Assembly (NCBI GenBank): GCA_021774625.1
Contig: JAJFIV010000031.1
Span: 64,180-128,179, forward strand
Reading direction: 5' to 3'
Length of the DNA: 64,000 nt
Source of the DNA: Alphaproteobacteria bacterium
Lineage (GTDB): Bacteria > Pseudomonadota > Alphaproteobacteria > Sphingomonadales > JAKSBY01
Below, piece by piece: positions 22,555-31,315 of the stretch. Numbering within the stretch: position 1 is the first letter of the stretch; every line of letters starts with the position of its first letter. A program made the position numbers and the translations under genes. The notes below the pieces were generated by a model. The model had not been told where the DNA came from. It saw only the letters and a program-made list of their open reading frames with translations, and ran no database searches.

Positions 22555-25152
22555 ATGGACAAGTCAGTAAAATCCAGCCGCAAACCGACGATGTTAAGAA
22601 GGGCTGTTTATCTTCTGAAGCGGGCCAAACACCAGCAATCTCTTGAATTCGAACAATTACTGATCCGCTACGTTATTTTTATGTTTTGTACCGGTTACGT
22701 CCTGACCATGGGGATTTCATTTGCTGAACTGACTGACGATGAAATATCCTCTTCATTTCTTGTTTCCCTTTTCGGCAATACATTCAATACCATCCTTTTT
22801 ATCCACCTTTTGCTTAGGCCCTTAAAAACACACTTGCGCCGGGTTGTTGGCTTGATTGTCGATGTCGTCTCCTTGACCCTCTTCATTAAATTCGGAGCGG
22901 AGGTCGCGAGCCCATTTGTTGCTATTTATATATGGATCACAATGGGTTATGGATTCAGATTTGGTGTGAAATATCTGTTTTCTGCGACCACACTATGCGT
23001 GCTGGCCTTTTCTTATATCATTGCGACAACGCACTTCTGGCAGCAATATTTTGCCCTTTCCGTCGGTCTTTTGATGTCGCAGGTTATCCTGCCATTTTAT
23101 TTTGCAACGCTAATAAAAAAATTGACGGAAGCCAAAGCGCAGGCGGAACAGGCCAATGCTGCCAAAAGTCAGTTTCTTGCGACTATGAGCCACGAGCTGC
23201 GAACACCGCTGAACGCCATTATCGGCTTTTCCGATGTTTTGCGGTCATCGAAATTATCCGGCGATCAGAGACAGATGGTGCGCTCCGTCGGGTCCGCGGC
23301 CGGCGCGCTTTTACATCTGATGAACGGTCTTCTGGATTTTGCCCGGATTGAATCCGGCAAGGTCAGCAAGGTGAGTGAACCTGTGGACCTCCACAAATTG
23401 CTGGCCAGCATCGAATCCATCATTCTTGCACAGGCGAAGCACAAAGGCCTTGGCCTGTCATTCTCCCTTTCCCCTTATGTGCCGCCGCTGGCTGTTGGCG
23501 ATTTTCAGCATTTACAGGAGATTCTGATCAATTTATGCGCCAATGCGGTTAAATTTACCGAAAGGGGGTTTATTTCCGTTCATTTGGATCTTCAGCCTGC
23601 GGCGACCGGCAATGGTCAAAATATCCGCTTCAGCGTGACCGATACCGGTGTGGGAATTCCCAAAAGCCAGCAGGAGCATATATTCGAGAGCTTTACCCAG
23701 GCCAAGGAAACCCGAAAAAGTTCGCATGGCGGGGCCGGTCTCGGGCTCGCCATTTGTAAGCATCTGGTTGAGCTTATGGGCGGAGAGATCGGCGTCGAAA
23801 GCACTCCCGGGCAGGGCAGTATGTTTTATTTCACCGTTCCTCACCAGAAAACCGCTTCTGCAGGGCAGGGGGATCAGCTGGTTTTCGCGCCGGATCAGAT
23901 TTTTTATATATCTAATCAGGTGGAAGACCGTATCACCAACAGAATAGCCGGGCTGGGTTTGGATACGTTTATCATATCCGATGTCGGCAAGGCTGTGCGG
24001 ACGGTTATTGAAAAAGTCGCGGATAACGGTCTCAGGCCGGTCGTCGTAATTGATTGCCGTGATCCGGCCGTTGATATCTCTCTGCTGGCCAATCAGTTTG
24101 CTCAGGAACGTCTGTTGTTTGATCCGGTCCTGATTGCTGTCGCCGATGCCGCCGATGCCGATATGAAGCGGTTTTTGGATCTTGAGTGTTTGCTGGCCGT
24201 CCTAACGGACAATGATACTGACCAGGCTTTAAGGAATATCTTCAGAATGGCCTCGGCGCTCGTCTCGGAACAGGCTGCTGACTTGGAGGGGCGCGCCGAG
24301 AATTCACGGCACAGCCGGAGCCTGAACATTCTTGTCGCAGAAGACAATCGGGTCAACCGCATGGTTGCCGCCAAGATACTGGAGCATGTCGGCCACAAGG
24401 TTTTTCTGGTCGAAAATGGCGAACAGGCGCTGGATGCCCTTGATCATGATGAATTTGATCTTGTTTTCATGGATATCAACATGCCGGTTATTGATGGTCT
24501 GGAAGCGACCCAGCTTTACCGCTATTCGCATCCTGACGAGCCGCATCTGCCTATCGTTGCGCTGACGGCGGATGCCACCGAAGAAGGTAAAAGGCGCTGC
24601 TATGAGGCGGGAATGGATAAAGTGATCCATAAGCCGGTCACGACCGATATGTTTCTTGATGTGATTGAAGCGCTGGTGCCGCAGATAGAGCGCCGGGACC
24701 GGGAAGGGCTTGCAGACACCGGGGCCGCTGCCGGCAATGCTGTTAATGTTGAAACGCATCCGCGTTTCCAGAATGCCAAAGCCGCTATTCTTGATCCTGA
24801 AAAACTGAAAGAACTGAGGACATTAGGCGAAGGCAGCGATTTCTTTGAAACTCTGATGCGGGATTTTGCCGAGGATGCCCGGATTCTGTCCGATGAATTG
24901 GAAAAATCGGTCAACGGGCGCGATGTTCCGGCCTTTCGCGATGCCAATCATGCGCTGCGCAGCGCCGCCGCCAATATAGGCGCTTTGCGGATATTTAATT
25001 TATGCGACAAAACAGGCGGGATGAAGCGCGAGGAAATCCCCGTCAAAGGCCCCCAATTTATCGCCGCCCTCAAAGAAGAATTATTGCTGGTGACCAAAGA
25101 GATCAGCGACCTCCACCACGAGCCCCCGCTGGAACTCGATCCCATTGCATAA
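22555..25152 (+). CDS. RpfC-like membrane hybrid sensor kinase (multi-TM, HisKA, HATPase, receiver-like, REC, HPt)
   Basis: 865 aa. There are about 5 hydrophobic helices in residues 35-185. The H-box is MSHELRTPLNAIIG (H213) and an ATPase block is GGAGLGLAICKHL. The receiver is ILVAEDNRVN...DLVFMDINMPVIDG and the HPt motif is NHALRSAAANIGA (H799). It starts 11 nt after the preceding kinase. Confidence 0.85.
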   Translation: MDKSVKSSRKPTMLRRAVYLLKRAKHQQSLEFEQLLIRYVIFMFCTGYVLTMGISFAELTDDEISSSFLVSLFGNTFNTILFIHLLLRPLKTHLRRVVGLIVDVVSLTLFIKFGAEVASPFVAIYIWITMGYGFRFGVKYLFSATTLCVLAFSYIIATTHFWQQYFALSVGLLMSQVILPFYFATLIKKLTEAKAQAEQANAAKSQFLATMSHELRTPLNAIIGFSDVLRSSKLSGDQRQMVRSVGSAAGALLHLMNGLLDFARIESGKVSKVSEPVDLHKLLASIESIILAQAKHKGLGLSFSLSPYVPPLAVGDFQHLQEILINLCANAVKFTERGFISVHLDLQPAATGNGQNIRFSVTDTGVGIPKSQQEHIFESFTQAKETRKSSHGGAGLGLAICKHLVELMGGEIGVESTPGQGSMFYFTVPHQKTASAGQGDQLVFAPDQIFYISNQVEDRITNRIAGLGLDTFIISDVGKAVRTVIEKVADNGLRPVVVIDCRDPAVDISLLANQFAQERLLFDPVLIAVADAADADMKRFLDLECLLAVLTDNDTDQALRNIFRMASALVSEQAADLEGRAENSRHSRSLNILVAEDNRVNRMVAAKILEHVGHKVFLVENGEQALDALDHDEFDLVFMDINMPVIDGLEATQLYRYSHPDEPHLPIVALTADATEEGKRRCYEAGMDKVIHKPVTTDMFLDVIEALVPQIERRDREGLADTGAAAGNAVNVETHPRFQNAKAAILDPEKLKELRTLGEGSDFFETLMRDFAEDARILSDELEKSVNGRDVPAFRDANHALRSAAANIGALRIFNLCDKTGGMKREEIPVKGPQFIAALKEELLLVTKEISDLHHEPPLELDPIA

Positions 25153-25236
25153 AAGCGCCGCCGCTTTCCCAATAGGCGGAAGACCTCGTTCGACCGCTTC
25201 TTGAATTCAACGGCAATGAATCTGCAGGGGAGTGGA

Positions 25237-25270
25237 ATGGCGCGTCCGGCGGGATACCGGCACGCGCCAT
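25237..25270. terminator. Strong hairpin between convergent genes (kinase / esterase)
   Basis: ATGGCGCGTCCGG-cgggata-CCGGCACGCGCCAT gives a 13-bp stem with one bulge. No U-tract follows on either strand. Confidence 0.4.
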
Positions 25271-25282
25271 ATTGAAAAGACT

Positions 25283-26485
25283 CTATTGGCTTGGCGAAGC
25301 CGAAAGCGCCGCTTCCAGTTGCTGTACGCGCATTTTCAGAAACTCGGCTGCCGGATGGTTTTGCTCACCGGCCAGTTTTTGGGCGCGCACAGCGGCATCG
25401 CGTGCCTGCTCCAACTGCCGGTCCGCCGCCAGCATGCCGGAAAGATTGGCGAAGGCCTGCCATGAGTCAGGGTAATCGGCGGCATTGATTTTGAGAATTT
25501 CAATGGCGCCTTTTATATCGCCCCTTTGCTGGGTCACGGCGGCAAGCGTGTTCACGGATTTTTCCGCCGACAGTTTGTAGCCGTATTTTCTTTCCGAGAG
25601 ATCCTCATAATAGGCTTTTACAGCTGTGACGCCGTTCTGGAACACCGCCGAATCGCCGGCAAGCGCAAGGTCGGAAAAAATCTGCCGCAGCGCTTCATAG
25701 ATCGCCGCGCCCGGTGCAGACATATGCGAATGACCGGCAATGATTTTGCTCTGCCATTCAAGCCCTTGCGGCGCACTTGCCTCAATCACGCTGACCAGCT
25801 TGTCATAGTGCGGACGCAGGTTGCCTTCGTCGTCACCGAGACTGAGTTCGAGCGTGACCGGCAGACGCTCCGTATTTTCAAAATAACGCCCGGCGCGCGC
25901 CAGCAGACCTTCATCGCTCTGATTGGCGATAAGGTAGGGACTGACGGCGATATAGGCACCGAATAAATCCGGCTCCGTCATCATTGTGTCCAGCACAAAA
26001 AGCCCGGCGAGCGAGTGCCCGGACAGGACCCGGAACGGCTGTGTCCGGTAGGTCCGGTCAATATAAGGGATGACCTCTGAGGAGATGAATTCCCTGAACA
26101 GCGCGGCTCCGCCACCGGCGCCATTCGGCATTTTGGCGGCGGTCAGATCGCGCCCCCGCGACGTTGCGGTGTTGGGGATGGCGACGATGATCATTTCCGG
26201 TATTTCGCCGGCGCTCTGGCTGAGCCAGTCAACCATGCCGCTGACCAGGGAAAAATGCGTCTCGCCATCCAGGGTGTAAAGAACCGGGTAGCGGGTGTCA
26301 GGAGACGTCTGGTAGCTTTTGGGCAGGCTGACGATCAGGTCCCGCTCTTCTCCCAGGGGCTGGGAGTTTATGCTGATCCGATCACCGGCAACAACCGGGT
26401 TCTGACCGGTATTTTCGGCAGCCAGCGCGGCCGAAAAAAGAGTGAGTGAGAGTGCTGCGCAAAATGCGCATAATCTGTAAAACAT
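25283..26485 (-). CDS. Secreted alpha/beta hydrolase (putative esterase family) with C-terminal TPR-like region
   Basis: It has a signal peptide. YPVLYTLDGE and the nucleophile elbow GHSLAG are present, and the helical repeat tail is ..GDIKGAIEILKINAADYPDSWQAFANL.. Confidence 0.7.
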   Translation of the reverse strand: MFYRLCAFCAALSLTLFSAALAAENTGQNPVVAGDRISINSQPLGEERDLIVSLPKSYQTSPDTRYPVLYTLDGETHFSLVSGMVDWLSQSAGEIPEMIIVAIPNTATSRGRDLTAAKMPNGAGGGAALFREFISSEVIPYIDRTYRTQPFRVLSGHSLAGLFVLDTMMTEPDLFGAYIAVSPYLIANQSDEGLLARAGRYFENTERLPVTLELSLGDDEGNLRPHYDKLVSVIEASAPQGLEWQSKIIAGHSHMSAPGAAIYEALRQIFSDLALAGDSAVFQNGVTAVKAYYEDLSERKYGYKLSAEKSVNTLAAVTQQRGDIKGAIEILKINAADYPDSWQAFANLSGMLAADRQLEQARDAAVRAQKLAGEQNHPAAEFLKMRVQQLEAALSASPSQ

Positions 26486-26532
26486 GGTTTTTCCTTTCGG
26501 TTTGGTAGGTGATATTATGTGATTACGTGCCG

Positions 26533-26748
26533 TCAGGCGGGCGGATTTTTCAGGGAGAAAATATCCTCGACCGGGACGCCGAATTGCCGCGCAAGTTTCA
26601 GGGCGATCACGGTCGAAGGGACGAACCTGCCAACCTCGATGGTGCTGATCGTTTTACGGGAAACGCCAATCAGTTCTGCAAGCTCGCCTTGGCTGAGCCG
26701 GTGTTCGGCGCGAAAGACGCGGATACGATTATCAAGTTCATGGCTCAC
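26533..26748 (-). CDS. XRE-family helix-turn-helix transcriptional regulator (71 aa)
   Basis: The HTH is LSQGELAELIGVSRKTISTIEVGRF. It overlaps the upstream membrane gene by 4 nt. Confidence 0.85.
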   Translation of the reverse strand: MSHELDNRIRVFRAEHRLSQGELAELIGVSRKTISTIEVGRFVPSTVIALKLARQFGVPVEDIFSLKNPPA

Positions 26749-27233
26749 TTTTCCACCCCTTCGCCATCGTCAAACAAATCCGTGTCCGCCCTGTGGGACA
26801 GAAGGAAAAATGCTATACCGAACGAGCCGAGCATCACCACAAGGATAATTTCGATAAAAAACGCCGTTGGAATTTCCGTGAAGTGCCGTTTGGTGGCGAC
26901 ATCAAGGATCACCAGCATCAAAAAGGTTATGGAAAAACCCTTTTCAAAAGAGCGTCTAAAGATATCAATAACGTAGCCGTTCGGCTCAAAGAAGCGGTGC
27001 TCCGGTTTGTATTTTAAAAGCTTGAATCGAAAACCGGCGGGTATCAGGATAATAACCGCGAGCCCTGTCAAAACAATTTCGGTCCAATCCAGGATATTGA
27101 GAAGAGAGCCATCCGCAAAATGCATGGCCGCGGATGTGGCAAATTTCAGAGAGAATAACAATAAGGCAATCGCAACGGCATGCATGAATTTATCAAGCAC
27201 TTCAGCAATCGGTTCCGGTTTCTTTTTACTCAT
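26745..27233 (-). CDS. Small integral membrane protein co-transcribed with the XRE regulator
   Basis: 162 aa with 4 hydrophobic helices. No family was recognised. Confidence 0.6.
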   Translation of the reverse strand: MSKKKPEPIAEVLDKFMHAVAIALLLFSLKFATSAAMHFADGSLLNILDWTEIVLTGLAVIILIPAGFRFKLLKYKPEHRFFEPNGYVIDIFRRSFEKGFSITFLMLVILDVATKRHFTEIPTAFFIEIILVVMLGSFGIAFFLLSHRADTDLFDDGEGVEK

Positions 27234-27308
27234 TGGTCTTTCCTTTGATTATTTTACTCGGGTATCATAATGAGATTAAAAGTTATCAATAAGATACTCA
27301 TAGGTATC

Positions 27309-27337
27309 ACATAGGGCAATAAAACTCCCATGTCAAG
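27309..27337 (-). promoter_or_regulatory. Sigma-70-type promoter candidate CTTGAC-N17-CTATGT
   Basis: Read on the minus strand. It matches 11 of 12 positions of the rhizobial/alphaproteobacterial consensus CTTGAC-N17-CTATAT. It sits about 70 nt upstream of the membrane/XRE operon start. Confidence 0.35.
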
Positions 27338-27690
27338 AAGTTTGCTTTGAAAGAAAACTTGACCGGGCTGCCGGCCGTGAATGCAGGCCGCGCGGGGTTG
27401 TTCACAGCTGACGTCTATGCGCGTTCGGCCAGTCAATCCTCGACATCGCGAAAACTCATGGTGCAGCACAAGCAGGGACAAATGGTTTGCCGGATGGTAT
27501 CTGGGTGAAAGCGATGGCGATGATACGAGATTCCCAGCATCCCCTCCATTAGCAATAAAAGAATCCAATTTCCGAGTTAACGCGGCAGACCCGTAATTTA
27601 CGCCAGCTTGCTGCCGCGTCTGGTAAAAGAGCCGCGCCGGCTAGCGTTCCGCCTGTCGCTATGACACTGGAGGATCTGATTACAAACCGG

Positions 27691-30600
27691 TCATTTCTGG
27701 ACCGGGCCCTGGTCCTGATACCAGAGCTTTGGCAGAGTTTTTTGACGGGGCCACAGTTCCTCCAGCGTGTCATCATCATAGAGGCGGCCATTCATCATCA
27801 CCCGGTGAATGTCGGCGGTATTCTTGAGATCGCTGCGCGGATCGGCATTCAAAATCACCAGATCGGCAAACTTGCCGGGCTCGATAGATCCCACTTCATC
27901 GCCATGTCCGATAATATGCGCGCCGTCTATCGTCGCGGCTTTTAAGACCTCCATCGGGGTGGCGTTGCCCGACCCCAGAGCCCACATTTCCCAGTGATAG
28001 CCAAGCCCCTGGAACTGGCCGTGACTGCCAATCCCGACCTTGCCGCCGGCGCGCTGTACCGCAATCGCGCTATCGGCCACCCGGGTGAAGGCATATTCCT
28101 CGGTTCTGACCCACGGGCGGCGCTTGGTTGACTGGTCAAGCACATTATGCGGCATAAAACGGTTCATCTTGACATTATCGTGCGGGTTCATTGTGGTATA
28201 AAAGAAATTCTCCCCCCACGGTCCGCCATAAGTCACCAGAAGGGTTGGCGTATAGCCGATCCCGGTCTGCGCGGCCAGTTCGACGACGTCCTTGTAAAGC
28301 GGGATGATCGGCAGATTATGTTCGTTACCGGCAAACCCGTCAATCATATGGGTGAGGTCAAGCTTGGCATCCAGCCCGCCCTCGGTCGTTGGCATAATCC
28401 CGACTTCTTTAGCGGCTTCGATCACATACTGGCGCTGTTGCCGGTTGCCCGTCAGATAGGCCTTGATATTTTTCGTGCGGTAATGGTCCTTATAGCGGGT
28501 CAGCACTTTGACCGCCTGTTCCTTCGATTTGATGACCGTATCGGAGAACACGCCAGGACCCGTTGACCACGCCCGTAAACCGATCATCCGGCCGGCTTCC
28601 ACCATATCCTGAAAGACAAAAATATCGGTGGTGCCGGTTTGCACATCAAGGCCGCTGGTGACGCCAAAGGCCACATTTGCCAGAAACGGCCAGAAATACT
28701 CCTCTATGACATCATTGCGTGACCAGTTGCGCCAATGGCCGTGACTGTCGACAAAGCCCGGAGTGATAAACTTGCCGGACATATCGCGGATTTCCGCGCC
28801 ATTCGGCACGTCAAGGCTGCCGCGTGCGCCAACGGCCGCAAACCGGCCGTCAGTGATCAGCAGATCGGCATTTTCAATAACACCCTGCCCGCCCATCGTA
28901 ATAACGGTTGCTCCCTGAAGCAGGATAGTCCCTTGCGGATGATCGCGCGGCACAACCACATCCGCCTTATAGCTTTTGTATGGCTTCGGCTTTTCTTTTT
29001 CCTCCGCCTCAGCGTCAGCCTCGGCATCGGCGGAATCCCCGCCCTGCGCAGCCGCTTCGGCGTCTTCGGCATTTTCTTCGCTCTTTTCGGGCTTCACCCA
29101 TTCAACATCGGCAAGCGCCTGCGTGTAAATGGTGCTGCCGACCGACCAGATGATGCTTTTTCCATCCTTGGACCAGTCAAAATAATCCACGCCGTAATCC
29201 GAAAGGGTATTGAGCGGCAGGACCGGCCCGCCAAGATCAACCGTTACCGCCTCGCGGTTTACAGTTGGCACAGCGATAAGCTGCAACTGTTCCTGAGACC
29301 TGGCGAGCGCATAACGGCCGTCAGGGCTGAGACGGATATCGCGCGCAGGCACCGGCTTGGTCGCGGAATAGAAACCGACGCCCGTTACCTTCAGGTGTTC
29401 GCGCCGGTCGGTGCCGTCAAGCCGGACAGAAAACAGCCCGCCCGGCCCGCCATACAGATAAACCCGGTCCCTGGCGTTGCCGAAATGCACCGTTCCAAAC
29501 TGGTTGCCGGACAAAATAACCCGCGGCGCCCCGGTTTCTATATTCAGGGCAATCAAGTCACGCTGGGCATTTGCATCTCCGTCATTAAACTGGTCGTTGG
29601 AGGCTCGAATCACAACGATTTCATCGCCTGCCGGTGTGAAATTCGGCTCGGAATAATAGCCGGGGACCTTGCTGATTCGTTCCGGCCGCGACCGGCCGTC
29701 GGCGCGCATGCGCCACACATGGCCGCCATCCGCTGTCCAGCTGACAAATGTCAGATAGCGGCCATCCTGCGACCAGCCTGGCTGGAAAATCTGCGTCCCG
29801 GCCCGGGCTATTTTCGCCGGTTTGGCATCCGCCGCCAAGGTCATTGAATACAGCTCACCAAGCGCCGAGAAAACCACCGAGTTGGCGTTCGGAGATAAAG
29901 CCGGTTTCTGGATCATCCGTGCCACTACCGGGCCTTTTGGATCCCTGGTCTGATTGATCAGATCCGGTCCCACATCCATTTTCACCTTGGCCGTGAAGGG
30001 AATATTGGTGCGCCTGCCGTCGGCAATGCTGATCCGTTCTATTTTACCGCCGCTGGTGGTGATAATCGCGCTGCCGTCCGGCGTGAAACTATAGGCCGGC
30101 AGCAGATCGCGCGTGGCCCGGGATTCCTGATCGTCCCGCGTGATGGGATAAGCCAGCCAGCGGTCCTCGCCGGTTTCCAGATTCCGCACCCGGAAACCAC
30201 TATCGGTTTCATGCCTGGTGCCGTAAACCAGCATTTTACCGTCCGGCGATATTTGCGGGCGCACGGCGCCGCCATAGGCTGTCACGATCGTGTCCGTGGT
30301 GCCTTCCTGCAAATCCCGCCGCACGATACTCCAGGGAAAGCCCGTCATATTATACTGAAAGCCGCCCAGCCGGGTCGCGTAATAGAGGTAGCGGCCGTCT
30401 TTCGATACCGAAACGCCCTGCGCATTCGGCTGCTGGTCCCGCGGCGTCTCATCCCCTTTTGGAAGGGAATTGGTGATCTGAATACCCTTGCCGCCATGCT
30501 TGTGATACATCCAGATTTCATTGGCGCCGATCCCGTTTGAAAGCTGGGAAATGAAAATATAATTGCCGTCGGCCGACCAGGCCGGACTCATGCCCTCGCC

Positions 30601-31131
30601 TTTGGTCATTGAGGAGAGCTTCTTCGGCTCGCTGCCGTCCGCATTGGCTATATAGAGATTCTCCGACCCGTCCTGATCCGAGAGGAAGGCGATCTGTGCG
30701 CCGTCCGGTGAATAAACCGGCTGACTTTGAAATGCTATGCCGGTGACGAGCGGTGTGGCTTCGCCGCCGGTTGCCGGCAGTGTATAGATATCGCCCAGCA
30801 ATTCAAAAATGATGGCGCCGCCGTCAGGCGAAACATCCAGCGACATCCAGGTCGCTTCATCGGTTTCAAATTCAACGCTGCGTTCAGCCTTCAGCGGCAA
30901 ACCCTTTTTCTTGTCTTTCTTGCCACCATTTGCTGTGGCGTCATCGTCTTGCGCCCATGCTGCGACAGGAGGTTCCACCCAGATTTCAGAGACCGCGTCG
31001 CTTTGCGGCGGAAAATCCTGGGCTGCTGTTGCCGGGGCAAGCAGAAGACTGCCGGCAAAGATAACGGCAATATTTCTTTTGTAGGATGTTTCGATTGGCA
31101 CGTCTGTTCCCTCCCCGGGTAAATGTCTCAT
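27691..31131 (-). CDS. Periplasmic TolB-like beta-propeller (PD40 repeats) plus amidohydrolase fusion protein
   Basis: The N-terminal two-thirds carry repeated S/W-PDG motifs (SPDGAQIAF, SADGNYIF, SKDGRYLYY, SPDGKMLVY, TPDGSAII, SQDGRYLTF, SPDGRYAL, SKDGKSII). An acidic linker follows. The C-terminal amidohydrolase has FVDSHGHW and ..ADLVILNADP... The preferred start is MRHLPG (31131, with an SD-like gaggt). The ORF track extends to 31254. Confidence 0.8.
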   Translation of the reverse strand: MRHLPGEGTDVPIETSYKRNIAVIFAGSLLLAPATAAQDFPPQSDAVSEIWVEPPVAAWAQDDDATANGGKKDKKKGLPLKAERSVEFETDEATWMSLDVSPDGGAIIFELLGDIYTLPATGGEATPLVTGIAFQSQPVYSPDGAQIAFLSDQDGSENLYIANADGSEPKKLSSMTKGEGMSPAWSADGNYIFISQLSNGIGANEIWMYHKHGGKGIQITNSLPKGDETPRDQQPNAQGVSVSKDGRYLYYATRLGGFQYNMTGFPWSIVRRDLQEGTTDTIVTAYGGAVRPQISPDGKMLVYGTRHETDSGFRVRNLETGEDRWLAYPITRDDQESRATRDLLPAYSFTPDGSAIITTSGGKIERISIADGRRTNIPFTAKVKMDVGPDLINQTRDPKGPVVARMIQKPALSPNANSVVFSALGELYSMTLAADAKPAKIARAGTQIFQPGWSQDGRYLTFVSWTADGGHVWRMRADGRSRPERISKVPGYYSEPNFTPAGDEIVVIRASNDQFNDGDANAQRDLIALNIETGAPRVILSGNQFGTVHFGNARDRVYLYGGPGGLFSVRLDGTDRREHLKVTGVGFYSATKPVPARDIRLSPDGRYALARSQEQLQLIAVPTVNREAVTVDLGGPVLPLNTLSDYGVDYFDWSKDGKSIIWSVGSTIYTQALADVEWVKPEKSEENAEDAEAAAQGGDSADAEADAEAEEKEKPKPYKSYKADVVVPRDHPQGTILLQGATVITMGGQGVIENADLLITDGRFAAVGARGSLDVPNGAEIRDMSGKFITPGFVDSHGHWRNWSRNDVIEEYFWPFLANVAFGVTSGLDVQTGTTDIFVFQDMVEAGRMIGLRAWSTGPGVFSDTVIKSKEQAVKVLTRYKDHYRTKNIKAYLTGNRQQRQYVIEAAKEVGIMPTTEGGLDAKLDLTHMIDGFAGNEHNLPIIPLYKDVVELAAQTGIGYTPTLLVTYGGPWGENFFYTTMNPHDNVKMNRFMPHNVLDQSTKRRPWVRTEEYAFTRVADSAIAVQRAGGKVGIGSHGQFQGLGYHWEMWALGSGNATPMEVLKAATIDGAHIIGHGDEVGSIEPGKFADLVILNADPRSDLKNTADIHRVMMNGRLYDDDTLEELWPRQKTLPKLWYQDQGPVQK

Positions 31132-31315
31132 TCTGACCTCAAAAGCTGCAGAAACCCTAGCGGCCCATTGAGCCGAGTTCAAATATAATTTGGCAAGGTC
31201 ACAGGAAAGTTGGCGGCCATGGAAGATAAAAAGTTTACAAGACTGTAATTTCATTCATAGTTTCCATGTCTGCCAGATGACGGCTGGAACATTCCGGGGG
31301 TATGGGGAGCGGTTG

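Noticed and set aside
26533-27233. Small XRE regulator plus upstream membrane protein as a toxin-antitoxin or abortive-infection pair.
   Set aside because: No toxin-like domain is present. A membrane protein followed by a 70-aa XRE regulator is a common benign arrangement.
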